Source: Horticoccus luteus
GTDB lineage: Bacteria; Verrucomicrobiota; Verrucomicrobiia; Opitutales; Opitutaceae
NCBI RefSeq assembly: GCF_019464535.1
Contig: NZ_CP080507.1
Span: forward strand, 990,001-1,022,000
Length of the DNA stretch: 32,000 nt
Direction: 5' to 3'
Shown here: positions 15,179-23,854 of the stretch, one piece after another
How the letters are laid out: every line of letters starts with the position of its first letter
How positions within the stretch are numbered: the first letter of the stretch is position 1
The notes under the pieces: generated by a model
What the model was told of the DNA's origin: nothing
The model's input: only the letters and a program-made list of their open reading frames with translations
The model's database searches: none
Program-made: the position numbers and the translations under genes

Positions 15179-15745
15179 ATGCATTACACGGACGAAGAAC
15201 TGCGGGCATTGGGGCTCCAGTTTGGCGATCACGTCTCCATCCATCGCACGGTTGAGTTTTTCCGTCCGGAGCGGATCCGGTTGGGTTCTCATGTGCGGAT
15301 TGATTGCTTCAGCGTGTTGTCTGCGGCCGAACCACTGGTCGTTGGAAGCCACGTGCACCTCGCAGCGGGCGTGATGATCTTTGGCAGCGAAGGGGTCGAG
15401 ATTGGCGATTTCGCCGGGCTGTCCAGCCGGGTCGCCGTTTACACAGCTTCGGATGATTATGTGGGAGGCCATCTTACGAATCCGACGGTGCCGGAAAAGT
15501 ATAGGAAAGTGAGCCGCGGCAAAGTGCGTATCGAGCCCCACACCATCGTGGGCAGCGGTAGCGTGATCTTGCCCGGAGTCACACTCGGGCGCGGCGCTTC
15601 AGTTGGTGCACTGACTTTGGTGCGGAAGGACGTGCCCGCATGCCAGATTGTCGCCGGAAACCCAGCGCGGGTTTTGGGCCAGAGGGACGCGGAGAAGCTC
15701 GCCGTGCTAGAGGCAGAATTCCTGCGCGAAGAGAGGGGGAAGTAA
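15179..15745 (+). CDS. Left-handed beta-helix (hexapeptide-repeat) acyl/acetyltransferase
   Basis: Hexapeptide repeats: IRLGSHVRIDCFSVL, VVGSHVHLAAGVMIFG, VEIGDFAGLSSRVAVY, IEPHTIVGSGSVILPGVTLGRGASVGALTLV, then IVAGNPARV. Start set to ATG 15179 (MHYTDEEL...). The track start at 15047 overlaps the divergent GT2 gene. Confidence 0.85.
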   Translation: MHYTDEELRALGLQFGDHVSIHRTVEFFRPERIRLGSHVRIDCFSVLSAAEPLVVGSHVHLAAGVMIFGSEGVEIGDFAGLSSRVAVYTASDDYVGGHLTNPTVPEKYRKVSRGKVRIEPHTIVGSGSVILPGVTLGRGASVGALTLVRKDVPACQIVAGNPARVLGQRDAEKLAVLEAEFLREERGK

Positions 15746-15748
15746 GCT

Positions 15749-16903
15749 TCAGCGCGCGGCCGCGTGTGCCACCATCGTTTTTATCAATCCGCAGATGGCA
15801 GCAATATCGTCGAGTCCCACCGATTGGCCGGTGGGCAAGACCATGACCCCTTGTGCGACCCGTTCGGTGACTGGTAGATGACGCCAGGCGTTAGGTTGAA
15901 GTGTGATGTAGGGCTCCATGCGGTGGCAGCCGGGCCAGAAGTATTTTCGAGCGAGGATGTTGTTGGCGTGCAGGTGCCGAACCAATTCGTCGCGGCCAAC
16001 CGGGCAGAGGGCTGGATCGACCTGAACGACGACGTATTGGTAGTTATTCGCTTCGGTCGGCGGATAATCGATAAGCGCGATCCCAGGGGTGCCGCGGAGA
16101 TTGCTTTGATAAGCCAGGTAGTTGCGGCGGTTGATCGCGATCAGGTCCGCCACGCTCTCCAAACTCGTAAGACCCATGGCGGCACAAATTTCGGTCATCT
16201 TGCCATTGACTCCGAGGTGGACCACGCGGTCGAAGTCGAGGAAGCCGAAGTTGCGCATGAGCCGCATTTTTTCCGCGAGCGCGTCATTGTTCGTGACGAC
16301 GGCGCCGCCTTCAAAGCTGTTGAGAAACTTGGTCGCGTGAAAGCTAAACACTTCGCAGTCGCCGAGCCCTCCGATGAGGCGTCCGTTGTGAGAAGAGCAA
16401 CCGAACGCGTGGGCGGCGTCATACATCAATTTGAGCCCGTGCTTCTTCGCGAGATGAGCGAGAGCGGCGTCATCGCACGCGCGGCCCCAAACGTGCACTC
16501 CGACTATGCCGGAGGTGCGCGGGGTGATCAGGCGTTCGACCGAGTTGGGATCAATATTGTGCGTGCCGGGATCGATGTCCGCGAAAACAGGTGTGATACC
16601 TTGCCATTGAAGCGCGTGGGCGGTGGCGACGAAGGTGAACGCAGGCACGATGACCTCGCCTGAGAGACCCAGCGCCTGGCTGGCGATTTCCAGCGCCACG
16701 GTGGCGTTGCACATCGCGACGCAGTGTTTGACGCCGATAAAGTCGGCGACGCTGTGCTCAAATTGTTGGACGAGGGGACCGTTGTTGGTGAACCACCGGC
16801 GGTCGAGCATGCTGCCGACGCGGGACAGGAAGGCCTCGCGGTCGCCGATATTAGGGCGGCCGACGTGCAATGGTTCGGGAAACAGAGGCTGGCCTTCAGA
16901 CAT
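15749..16903 (-). CDS. DegT/DnrJ/EryC1/StrS-family PLP sugar aminotransferase (candidate 4-keto-6-deoxyhexose transaminase, e.g. perosamine-synthase-like)
   Basis: Contains GRPNIGDRE, WFTNNGPLVQQFE, VIVPAFTFVATAHAL, SFHATKFLNSFEGGAVVTN (PLP lysine) and LAEKMRLMRNFGF. Last gene of the rmd-like/gmd/wzm/wzt operon. Substrate specificity is not readable from sequence. Confidence 0.85.
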   Translation of the reverse strand: MSEGQPLFPEPLHVGRPNIGDREAFLSRVGSMLDRRWFTNNGPLVQQFEHSVADFIGVKHCVAMCNATVALEIASQALGLSGEVIVPAFTFVATAHALQWQGITPVFADIDPGTHNIDPNSVERLITPRTSGIVGVHVWGRACDDAALAHLAKKHGLKLMYDAAHAFGCSSHNGRLIGGLGDCEVFSFHATKFLNSFEGGAVVTNNDALAEKMRLMRNFGFLDFDRVVHLGVNGKMTEICAAMGLTSLESVADLIAINRRNYLAYQSNLRGTPGIALIDYPPTEANNYQYVVVQVDPALCPVGRDELVRHLHANNILARKYFWPGCHRMEPYITLQPNAWRHLPVTERVAQGVMVLPTGQSVGLDDIAAICGLIKTMVAHAAAR

Positions 16904-16926
16904 GGTGTGCGAACGGTGAAAGACAT

Positions 16927-18321
16927 TTACCCGGCTGCAAACGACAGCGGGGTCTCGAGGTGGACCGGGCCGTGGATCCCCAGATTGAATTGTGGGAGGA
17001 TTTCAATAAAAGCGCTGAAGCTGAGCAAGTCGGCGGCGGTGGAGCGACTGAAGTCCAGCGTGCCTCCGGGAAACACGGCATCATCGGGAAAAATGAAGAG
17101 GCCGGAAAAAAGTGCGTAGCGGCCGGCGACGAGCGGGAATTTCACCTGCATGGTGAGCACCTCTTCCGCGCCCGGCTTCAGCCTGAGGCGATGTTGATGG
17201 GTGCGATCGGTGCATGAAAGCAATTCCACGCCTTGCAAGCTCATGCAGGTGACGCTGAGCCGAAAAAGGCCATCAAACTCGCGATCACTGCCGACGACAT
17301 AAACGGCTGTCACCTCTTGGTCCCAAGTGAGTTCGGTGGTTCGTTTCCCGTCTGCATCGAGCAGAAAAAAATTTCTGATTTGCACGCGTCCGTTGCCGCG
17401 CCGGCTCAGTCGCGCGTTTTTCTGGAATTCGGCGCGGCTTTCCCGCAGGAGAACGGAAGAACGATTCTTTGCCGTGTTGCTGACGGACTCCTGTTGCACC
17501 GGCGCCGACTCCTGATACTCCATCCCCATGGCCCGGGCACAATCCCGGGCATAAGCGGCACATACATCGTTAGCTACGCCTTGCGCTTGCGGGATACCGT
17601 GGTCGAGCCACAGCGCCTGCTGACAGAAGGCGCGCACCGTTCCGATGTCGTGCGAGACAAAAAGAATGGTGCAGCCCGCGGCCTGGATGGAGCGCAGCCG
17701 CGCAAAGCATTTGGCTTGAAAAGGGGCATCGCCGACCGAAAGCGCCTCGTCGACGATCAAAATGTCCGGTTCCACCGCAGTCTGCACGGCGAACGCCAGT
17801 CGCATCATCATGCCGCTGGAATACGTTTTCACCGGCTGATCCATGAAGTCGCCGATGTCGGCGAAATCGGCGATGCCGTCGAAGCGGGTTTCCATTTCCG
17901 CGCGCGAGTAGCCGAGCACGGCACCGCTCAGGTGAACGTTTTCTCGCCCGGTGAAATCGGGGTTAAAGCCGCTGCCGAGCTCGAGAAGTGCAGCGACTTT
18001 ACCTCTCAATTTCACGTCGCCGGTCGTCGGCTGAAGCGTGCCGGCGATGATTTGCAAAAGAGTCGATTTCCCAGAGCCATTGCGGCCCAGAATCCCGACA
18101 CTCTCGCCTCGGTGAATGACGATCGACACTTCCTGCAGCGCGGCGAAATCGCGATAACTTTGGGCGGCCCGCGCCTCCCACCAGTGCCGCAGTCGCGAGC
18201 GGCGCGGAAAGACGCGGGCGAGGTTTCGTTGCAAAGGCGAGGTCAACCGCGAACTGGGACTGTCCCAGATCCGGTAAACTTTGCTCACGTTGCGAACAAG
18301 AATGGCCGGCTCTGCGTTCAT
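16927..18321 (-). CDS. wzt: Polysaccharide ABC exporter ATP-binding protein Wzt, with a C-terminal glycan-binding domain
   Basis: Walker A GRNGSGKST, signature YSSGMMMRLAFA, Walker B ILIVDEALSVGD, H-loop FVSHD. The ~160-aa C-terminal extension (16930..17409; GRVQIRNFFLLDADGKR...VTAVYVV...) has the beta-rich character of Wzt C-terminal carbohydrate-binding modules. Confidence 0.9.
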   Translation of the reverse strand: MNAEPAILVRNVSKVYRIWDSPSSRLTSPLQRNLARVFPRRSRLRHWWEARAAQSYRDFAALQEVSIVIHRGESVGILGRNGSGKSTLLQIIAGTLQPTTGDVKLRGKVAALLELGSGFNPDFTGRENVHLSGAVLGYSRAEMETRFDGIADFADIGDFMDQPVKTYSSGMMMRLAFAVQTAVEPDILIVDEALSVGDAPFQAKCFARLRSIQAAGCTILFVSHDIGTVRAFCQQALWLDHGIPQAQGVANDVCAAYARDCARAMGMEYQESAPVQQESVSNTAKNRSSVLLRESRAEFQKNARLSRRGNGRVQIRNFFLLDADGKRTTELTWDQEVTAVYVVGSDREFDGLFRLSVTCMSLQGVELLSCTDRTHQHRLRLKPGAEEVLTMQVKFPLVAGRYALFSGLFIFPDDAVFPGGTLDFSRSTAADLLSFSAFIEILPQFNLGIHGPVHLETPLSFAAG

Positions 18322-18393
18322 GTGAGGATGGCGCTTTCGCGGTGCATGTTGCGCTGTCGTGGGATGATGCCCGCCCTACGCCCAGGCTTTACG

Positions 18394-19245
18394 CTATACC
18401 ACATCGGCAAAGGTGGGTTTCAGTTTGGAGAATATCCAAAAGCCCCCCGCGCTGGCGAGAAGACCGGTCGCGAAAAGGTAAGCCAAGTAGGTGAAATGCA
18501 TGGGTCGATCCCACATCACGACATCGCGGGAAAGCTCAACCGCCAGCAGCATGGGGTTAAAACGCAGCCACACCCAGACTGAATGTGGGATGGCGGAGGC
18601 AGGATAGACGACTGCGCTGGCATACATCAGCGCCATGCTCACGAAGCCCATCACCTGCGAAATATCGCGAAAGAAGACGCCCACGGCGGCGATCATCCAT
18701 GCGGTGCCAAGTAGCAAGAGCAGCACCGGCAGCAGGATGACCGGGAGCCAGAACACGCTCCAACCCAGCCCCGGACCGAACAGGGCGATGCCGGTCAAAG
18801 CCAGCGCGAGGCTGATCAGCATGTGAAAAAACGCAGAGCTGACGGCCGCCGCGGGTAGTATTTCCAACGGGAACACCACTTTTTTCACGAAATTGGGATT
18901 CGTGATGATGATCATAGGCGCCACGCCCAGCACCTCCGCGAAGAGATGGAAAAGCGTCAGGCCAAGGAATATGCCGAGCGCATAGTCCATGCGGCTTTCG
19001 GGATGCGCCGCGTTGAAGCGACCGCGGAAAATGTAGCCGAAGACCAGCACATAAAGTGCGAGCATCAAAAGCGGATTCAGCACCGACCACACCAATCCGA
19101 GGTGGCTGCCGCGGTGCCGCAGTTCGACGTTGCGCAGAGTGAACTGCCACAGCAGACCGCGGAACCGCCACATGGAGCCGATGAAGTTTCCGTGGGCGAG
19201 GAAACCAGACGCGGCGGGGGCCGGTGCCGTGAGCGGGGCACTCAT
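18394..19245 (-). CDS. wzm: ABC-2 type polysaccharide exporter permease Wzm
   Basis: 283 aa. The N-terminal region RNVELRHRGSHLGLVWSVLNPLLML is typical of ABC-2/Wzm permeases and is followed by six hydrophobic helices. Adjacent to wzt. Confidence 0.85.
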   Translation of the reverse strand: MSAPLTAPAPAASGFLAHGNFIGSMWRFRGLLWQFTLRNVELRHRGSHLGLVWSVLNPLLMLALYVLVFGYIFRGRFNAAHPESRMDYALGIFLGLTLFHLFAEVLGVAPMIIITNPNFVKKVVFPLEILPAAAVSSAFFHMLISLALALTGIALFGPGLGWSVFWLPVILLPVLLLLLGTAWMIAAVGVFFRDISQVMGFVSMALMYASAVVYPASAIPHSVWVWLRFNPMLLAVELSRDVVMWDRPMHFTYLAYLFATGLLASAGGFWIFSKLKPTFADVV

Positions 19246-19255
19246 GGGCGACGAT

Positions 19256-20245
19256 TTACTGCGGCCGCAGCGCGGCGCAGTCGGCGTCGACCATGAGTTC
19301 GGCCAAGCCTTTCATGCGCGTGGCGGGCTCCCAGCCCAGCTTGGCCTGCGCCTTGGCGTAGTCGCCGATGAGCAGGTCCACTTCGGCGGGACGGAGGAGG
19401 CGGTCGTCGAACTTCACGTGGTCGTGCCAGTCCAGGCCGACCCGCCCAAACGCGACGTCGAGGAATTCACGGATGGTATGGGTCTCGTTCGTCGCGAGCA
19501 CGTAGTCATCGGGCTCATCCTGCTGCAGCATGCGCCACATGCCTTCAACGTATTCCTTGGCGTAGCCCCAGTCGCGTTTGGAGTCGATGTTGCCGAGAAA
19601 AAGATCCTTCTGCAGGCCGGCCTTGATGCGCGCGGCGGCGATCGTGATTTTGCGCGTGACGAACGATTCTCCGCGGCGGGGCGACTCGTGGTTGAAGAGA
19701 ATGCCGCTGCACGCGAAAAGATTGTAGGATTCGCGGTAGTTGACCGTCAGCCAGTGCGCCATGAGTTTGGCACATGCGTAGGGCGAACGCGGATAGAAGG
19801 GCGTCGTTTCCGTCTGCGGGACGGCCTGCACCTTGCCGAACATTTCGGAAGAGGACGCTTGGTAATAGCGCACTTTCTTGCCGATGCCGGATTCGATCAC
19901 CGCCTCCAAGATGCGGGCGGCACCGACACCGGTGATGTCAGCGGTGTATTCGGGAATATCGAAGCTGACGCGAACGTGACTCTGCGCGGCGAGATTGTAG
20001 ATTTCGTCGGGCTGGAGCTGGTAAAGCAGTTTGACGAGCGAAACGCTGTCGGCGAGGTCGCCGTAATGCAGCCAGAGGCGCTTGTTCTCTCCGTGCTCGA
20101 AGGCTTGGAGGTGGTCGATTCGCGCGCGGTTGATGCTGCTCGAGCGGCGCACGATGCCGTGCACTTCGTAACCTTTTTCCAGCAGTAATTCAGCTAGATA
20201 GGAGCCGTCCTGGCCGGTGATGCCGGTGATAAGCGCTTTTCTCAT
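19256..20245 (-). CDS. gmd: GDP-mannose 4,6-dehydratase
   Basis: [55 protein letters not shown] (Y-x3-K), [22 protein letters not shown] overlap with the upstream paralogue's stop (20242..20245). Confidence 0.9.
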   Translation of the reverse strand: MRKALITGITGQDGSYLAELLLEKGYEVHGIVRRSSSINRARIDHLQAFEHGENKRLWLHYGDLADSVSLVKLLYQLQPDEIYNLAAQSHVRVSFDIPEYTADITGVGAARILEAVIESGIGKKVRYYQASSSEMFGKVQAVPQTETTPFYPRSPYACAKLMAHWLTVNYRESYNLFACSGILFNHESPRRGESFVTRKITIAAARIKAGLQKDLFLGNIDSKRDWGYAKEYVEGMWRMLQQDEPDDYVLATNETHTIREFLDVAFGRVGLDWHDHVKFDDRLLRPAEVDLLIGDYAKAQAKLGWEPATRMKGLAELMVDADCAALRPQ

Positions 20246-21219
20246 GCGACCTTGTTCAGTTCGGATTCGACGAGTCGCGCAATCATTTCTTCGAAAGCCA
20301 CCGTGTTTTCCCAGCCGAGGACGCGCTTGGCCTTCGCGGGGTTGCCGCAGGGGGCGACGGGCTCGATGCTCGTCACCAGGTTCGCGTCAAAATCCACGTG
20401 ATCGCGCCAGTTCAGATCAACACAGCGGAATGCGATTTCGACCAACTCCTGGACGCTGTGCAGGCGGCCGCTGGCGAGCACGTAATCGTCGACGGGCACG
20501 TTTTGCAGCATGAGCCACATCGCGCGCACATAGTCGGGCGCCCAGCCCCAATCGCGCCGGCCGCCCAGCGCGCCGAGAGTGAGTTTTTGCTGCAAGCCGC
20601 GTTTGATGCGCGCGGCGCCGCGGGCGATTTTCATCGTGACAAAATTGCCGCTGCGCCGCGGCGACTCGTGGTTGTAGAGAATGGCCGAGCAAGTCTGCAG
20701 TTTGTAAGCCGTGCGGTAAATGCGCGCCATTTGCTGCGAAAAGGCCTTGGCCGCGCCGTAAGGCGTGGTCGGGGTCAGGGGCGTGTTTTCATCCTGCGGC
20801 GAGTGGGGCGGTGAGCCGAAGACTTCGCTGCTTGAGGCGTAGAGAAACTTCGGCGGGTCGGGCAGGTCGCGCAGGATTTCCAGCAGGCGCAGCGTGGCCA
20901 TGCCGATGCTGTCGACGGTGCTTTCGGGCAGCTCCAAGCTCAACCGCGGACTCGACTGGCCGGCGAGATGGTAGAATTCGTCGGGCTTCACTTTGCCAAT
21001 GATGCGGCGCAAATGCGTGGCATCCTCGAACGCGCCGTTGTGCAGGAAGAGGCGCCGGTTCAACACGCCGCTGTCGCCGAGCAGATGGCGAAGATTGCTG
21101 TTCATCAGTGCGTCGGGCCGGTGCACGAGTCCGTGGATCTCGTAGTCCTTTTCGAGCAACAGGTCCACGAGGTAGGAACCATCCTGCCCCGTGATCCCGG
21201 TGATGAAAACTTTCTTCAT
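20242..21219 (-). CDS. Second GDP-mannose 4,6-dehydratase-family SDR, candidate GDP-4-keto-6-deoxy-D-mannose reductase (Rmd-like) or second GMD
   Basis: [49 protein letters not shown] (Y-x3-K), [18 protein letters not shown]. Start set to ATG 21219. The track extension to 21324 is Arg/Pro-rich and non-homologous. Confidence 0.7.
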   Translation of the reverse strand: MKKVFITGITGQDGSYLVDLLLEKDYEIHGLVHRPDALMNSNLRHLLGDSGVLNRRLFLHNGAFEDATHLRRIIGKVKPDEFYHLAGQSSPRLSLELPESTVDSIGMATLRLLEILRDLPDPPKFLYASSSEVFGSPPHSPQDENTPLTPTTPYGAAKAFSQQMARIYRTAYKLQTCSAILYNHESPRRSGNFVTMKIARGAARIKRGLQQKLTLGALGGRRDWGWAPDYVRAMWLMLQNVPVDDYVLASGRLHSVQELVEIAFRCVDLNWRDHVDFDANLVTSIEPVAPCGNPAKAKRVLGWENTVAFEEMIARLVESELNKVA

Positions 21220-21358
21220 CAGGGCAGATAAGCCGCGCGAAATTCGACGGTCAACCTCCACCTCGGCGCGCCCGTCGCGGCGGACAAGGTGGCGGGCGGG
21301 CGCGGGGGGCTTTGGGCTTGCCACGACTCGGCCGGGTCGCGTGGCTACGAGTTTACGT
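21220..21358. promoter_or_regulatory. Divergent intergenic region between the glycan operon (minus) and the efflux operon (plus); promoters expected
   Basis: ~139 nt between the re-assigned start codons 21219 (minus) and 21359 (plus). Contains a G-rich tract at 21294..21316. No confident promoter hexamers identified. Confidence 0.4.
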
Positions 21359-22735
21359 GTGACTTTCTTGCGCTTCAGCCCGGGTGGCCGGGTCCTTCTG
21401 CTGTGCCTCCTATCCGGGCTGCTCGCCTGCTTCGGGCGGGCGGAGCCGAACCCGCCGCCGCTGCCCGAGGAACTGCATCCGGAGTTGCAACGTCTGCTCG
21501 ATTGCGCGCTGGCGCAGTCGCCGCAGATGCTGGAGCGGGCGGCGCAGATGGCGGTCGCGGATGGCGATGCGATGGTCGCCCGATCCGGGCTGCTGCCGCA
21601 CGCCTCCGCCTACGGCCAATTCAACGAGCAGCGCGAGTCGCGGCAGGATTTGCCGGGCAGCCAGATTTCGCAGAAGACGTATTACAATGTCGGCGTGTCG
21701 CAGTCGGTCTTTCACTGGGGAGAGCTGCGCAATCGCGCCCGCATCGGCACGCTGCGGCAGAAATTTGAAAGCGGGCAGACGGCCGAGGCGTATCGCCTGC
21801 TCGTCAACGAAGTGCGCGGGCAGTTTTTGCAGTTGATCGTGAAACACCAAACGCTCGCCCGCGCGCGGTTTGGCATCGATCTGGCGAAGGAAAACAACCG
21901 GCTGGCGCAGGGGCGGCTGGCGGATAAATCCATCTCGGCCTCGGAAGCGGCCGCGGCGACCCTGGCCATCACGCGTGCCGAACTCGCCGCAGATCGTGCG
22001 GAGGAGGACTATACGTTCGCGAAAGGCGCACTCGAGCGGCTGACGGGTTGCGGCACGATCCCGGACGCGGCGTTGGCGGATGCGGTGGCGAAAGTTGATC
22101 CCGCGCCGGATGCGATCAGGGCGCTCGAGGCCGGCTTTCTTTCGCAGTCCGAGCCGCAAAGCTTTGTGCTGCGCAACTTGAAACGGCAGGCAGAAGTCGA
22201 GCGGCTGAACTACGATATCGCCCGCGTGCAGCTGCGGCCGATGGTCAACTTCGTGGCGGGACTGAGCCAGGATCAAGTGAGTTACACGGCGAACATCGGG
22301 CAGCGCTACGGGGTGAACACGCTTTTCGCCGGCGTGCAGGTGACGTGGTCGATTTTTGACGGATTCGCGACGCGCGGCGCGGTCGCGTCGGCGAGCGCGC
22401 GCCGGCGCCTTTACGAACTCAGTTATCGCACGACGAGCGACCAATTGAAGGCGCAGGTGCAACATGCCGCCAAGCTGCTCGGGTTTGCGGGCCGAGAACT
22501 CAAGTTTGCGGAGGATGGTTTGGCGGCCGCGGAAAGTGTCGTGACGACATATAAGGAGCAGCTCGGCCGCGGCGAAGTATCGTCTTACGACGTGAAGACA
22601 GTGGAAGGCTCGCTGCTCGATGCGCAGGTGGCGGCTTCCTTGGCGCGTTCGGATTATCTGATGAAATCCGCCGAGTTCCTCTCGCTCGTCCAACAAGATC
22701 CGGCTTTGAAGCGCTTACCCGCCGTCCAACCATGA
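21359..22735 (+). CDS. TolC-family outer membrane efflux protein (OMF)
   Basis: Two-repeat alpha-helical OMF pattern: LLDCALAQSPQML...ARSGLLPH...YYNVGVSQSVFHWGEL, repeated in ...FVAGLSQDQ...GVQVTWSIFDGF. Start placed at the GTG at 21359, giving the signal peptide MTFLRFSPGGRVLLLCLLSGLLAC with a lipobox-like LLAC. The track start at 21191 would overlap the divergent gene. Start coordinate uncertain. Confidence 0.8.
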   Translation: MTFLRFSPGGRVLLLCLLSGLLACFGRAEPNPPPLPEELHPELQRLLDCALAQSPQMLERAAQMAVADGDAMVARSGLLPHASAYGQFNEQRESRQDLPGSQISQKTYYNVGVSQSVFHWGELRNRARIGTLRQKFESGQTAEAYRLLVNEVRGQFLQLIVKHQTLARARFGIDLAKENNRLAQGRLADKSISASEAAAATLAITRAELAADRAEEDYTFAKGALERLTGCGTIPDAALADAVAKVDPAPDAIRALEAGFLSQSEPQSFVLRNLKRQAEVERLNYDIARVQLRPMVNFVAGLSQDQVSYTANIGQRYGVNTLFAGVQVTWSIFDGFATRGAVASASARRRLYELSYRTTSDQLKAQVQHAAKLLGFAGRELKFAEDGLAAAESVVTTYKEQLGRGEVSSYDVKTVEGSLLDAQVAASLARSDYLMKSAEFLSLVQQDPALKRLPAVQP

Positions 22736-23838
22736 AAAAAATCATCGTGATCGTCGTCCTCGCCGCCGTGGTGGCCGTCGCCGCAGTCGTGTTGTTGCGT
22801 CCGACGGCGGATGTGGTGGCGGTGGCGGGAGGCAAGGCCGTGGAGGCGGTGCCGGGGAGCGTCGTGGTGCGGGCGGAATTTCAGATGGAGCTCAAGAGCG
22901 AAGAGGCGGGACGCATCGTGAAAAGTGAGCTGAAGCCCGGGCGTCACTTCGCGCGGGGCGATTTTGTCGCGCAGCTCGATCCGACTGACGTGAAGCTGGC
23001 GATTGAGAAAACGGAATCGGACTACGCGGCGGCGAAAAAGCGGATCGCGGTGGGATCTTCGATCGCGTTGGAATTGGAAACGGCGAAGCAGGACCTCGCC
23101 GCCGCGGAGCGGCAGTTGAAGGCCGGCGGGATGGCGCAGGCGTTGTTGGATAAACAGCGGCGCGACGTGCAGCAGATCGAGCAGCGCCGCGCGTTGGAAG
23201 AGGTCAACAACAAGAACCAGCTCGATAATTTTGAGAACGATCTCGCCGTGAAACGGCGGCAACTCGCGAAGATGACGATCACAGCGCCTGCGGATGGGAC
23301 GATTTCGCAAGTCCTGGCCCGACCGGGCGATTTGATCGGCGGTGGCACCTCGATCGCCACGCTGATTTCCGATGATCGCACGGTCGAGGCGCGCATCAGC
23401 GAAGAGAATTTTGCGGGCATCAAGCTCGGGCAGAAATGCTACGTGCGTTTTCTCGGCTACGGCGCCTATTTGTTTGACGCCACGGTGGCGCAAATCCTGC
23501 CGACGGCCGATCCGGCGACGCAGCGTTACATCGTGCATCTCGACGTGAAAATCGACCCGGCGAAGCTCGTGCCGGGCATCACGGGAGAAGTGAGCATCGT
23601 GACGGCGGAACGTGAAGCAAAGGTGCTGGTGCCGCGGCGAGCCATTTTCGACAACACCGTGTTCGTCGTGGAGGACGGGCGGGTGCGGGAGCAGTCGATC
23701 GAGGTCGGCTACACCAGCCTCAACATCGTTGAGGTGCTGAAGGGGCTGCAGCCGGGAGATCAGGTGATTGTCGACATGCTGGATCAATTCCATCCCGGCC
23801 AGCGCGTGAAGGTGCGGGTGTTGCCGCCGGCCAACTAA
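22732..23838 (+). CDS. HlyD/MacA-type periplasmic adaptor (membrane fusion protein)
   Basis: N-terminal TM anchor MKKIIVIVVLAAVVAVAAVVLL, a lipoyl-like segment (GDFVAQLDPTD...ITAPADGTISQVLARPGDLI), an alpha-hairpin rich in A/K/Q/R, and a beta-barrel tail. ATGA overlap with the OMF stop. Confidence 0.85.
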   Translation: MKKIIVIVVLAAVVAVAAVVLLRPTADVVAVAGGKAVEAVPGSVVVRAEFQMELKSEEAGRIVKSELKPGRHFARGDFVAQLDPTDVKLAIEKTESDYAAAKKRIAVGSSIALELETAKQDLAAAERQLKAGGMAQALLDKQRRDVQQIEQRRALEEVNNKNQLDNFENDLAVKRRQLAKMTITAPADGTISQVLARPGDLIGGGTSIATLISDDRTVEARISEENFAGIKLGQKCYVRFLGYGAYLFDATVAQILPTADPATQRYIVHLDVKIDPAKLVPGITGEVSIVTAEREAKVLVPRRAIFDNTVFVVEDGRVREQSIEVGYTSLNIVEVLKGLQPGDQVIVDMLDQFHPGQRVKVRVLPPAN

Positions 23839-23854
23839 ACAGGCGCATCGTCGC

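Noticed and set aside
17233-20188. Long plus-strand ORFs (17233..18582, 449 aa; 19130..20188, 352 aa) opposite wzt/wzm and gmd
   Set aside because: They are antisense shadows. The minus-strand frames contain Walker A/B motifs, ABC-2 permease helices and GMD signatures. The plus-strand translations have no motifs and a biased R/G/A/H composition.
21191-21358. ORF-track start of the TolC-family gene at 21191, and the 5' extension of the GMD paralogue to 21324
   Set aside because: The two extensions would overlap each other on opposite strands and are Arg/Pro-rich. Homology-like sequence begins at MKKVFITG (21219) for the SDR. For the OMF it begins at a signal peptide reachable from the GTG at 21359.
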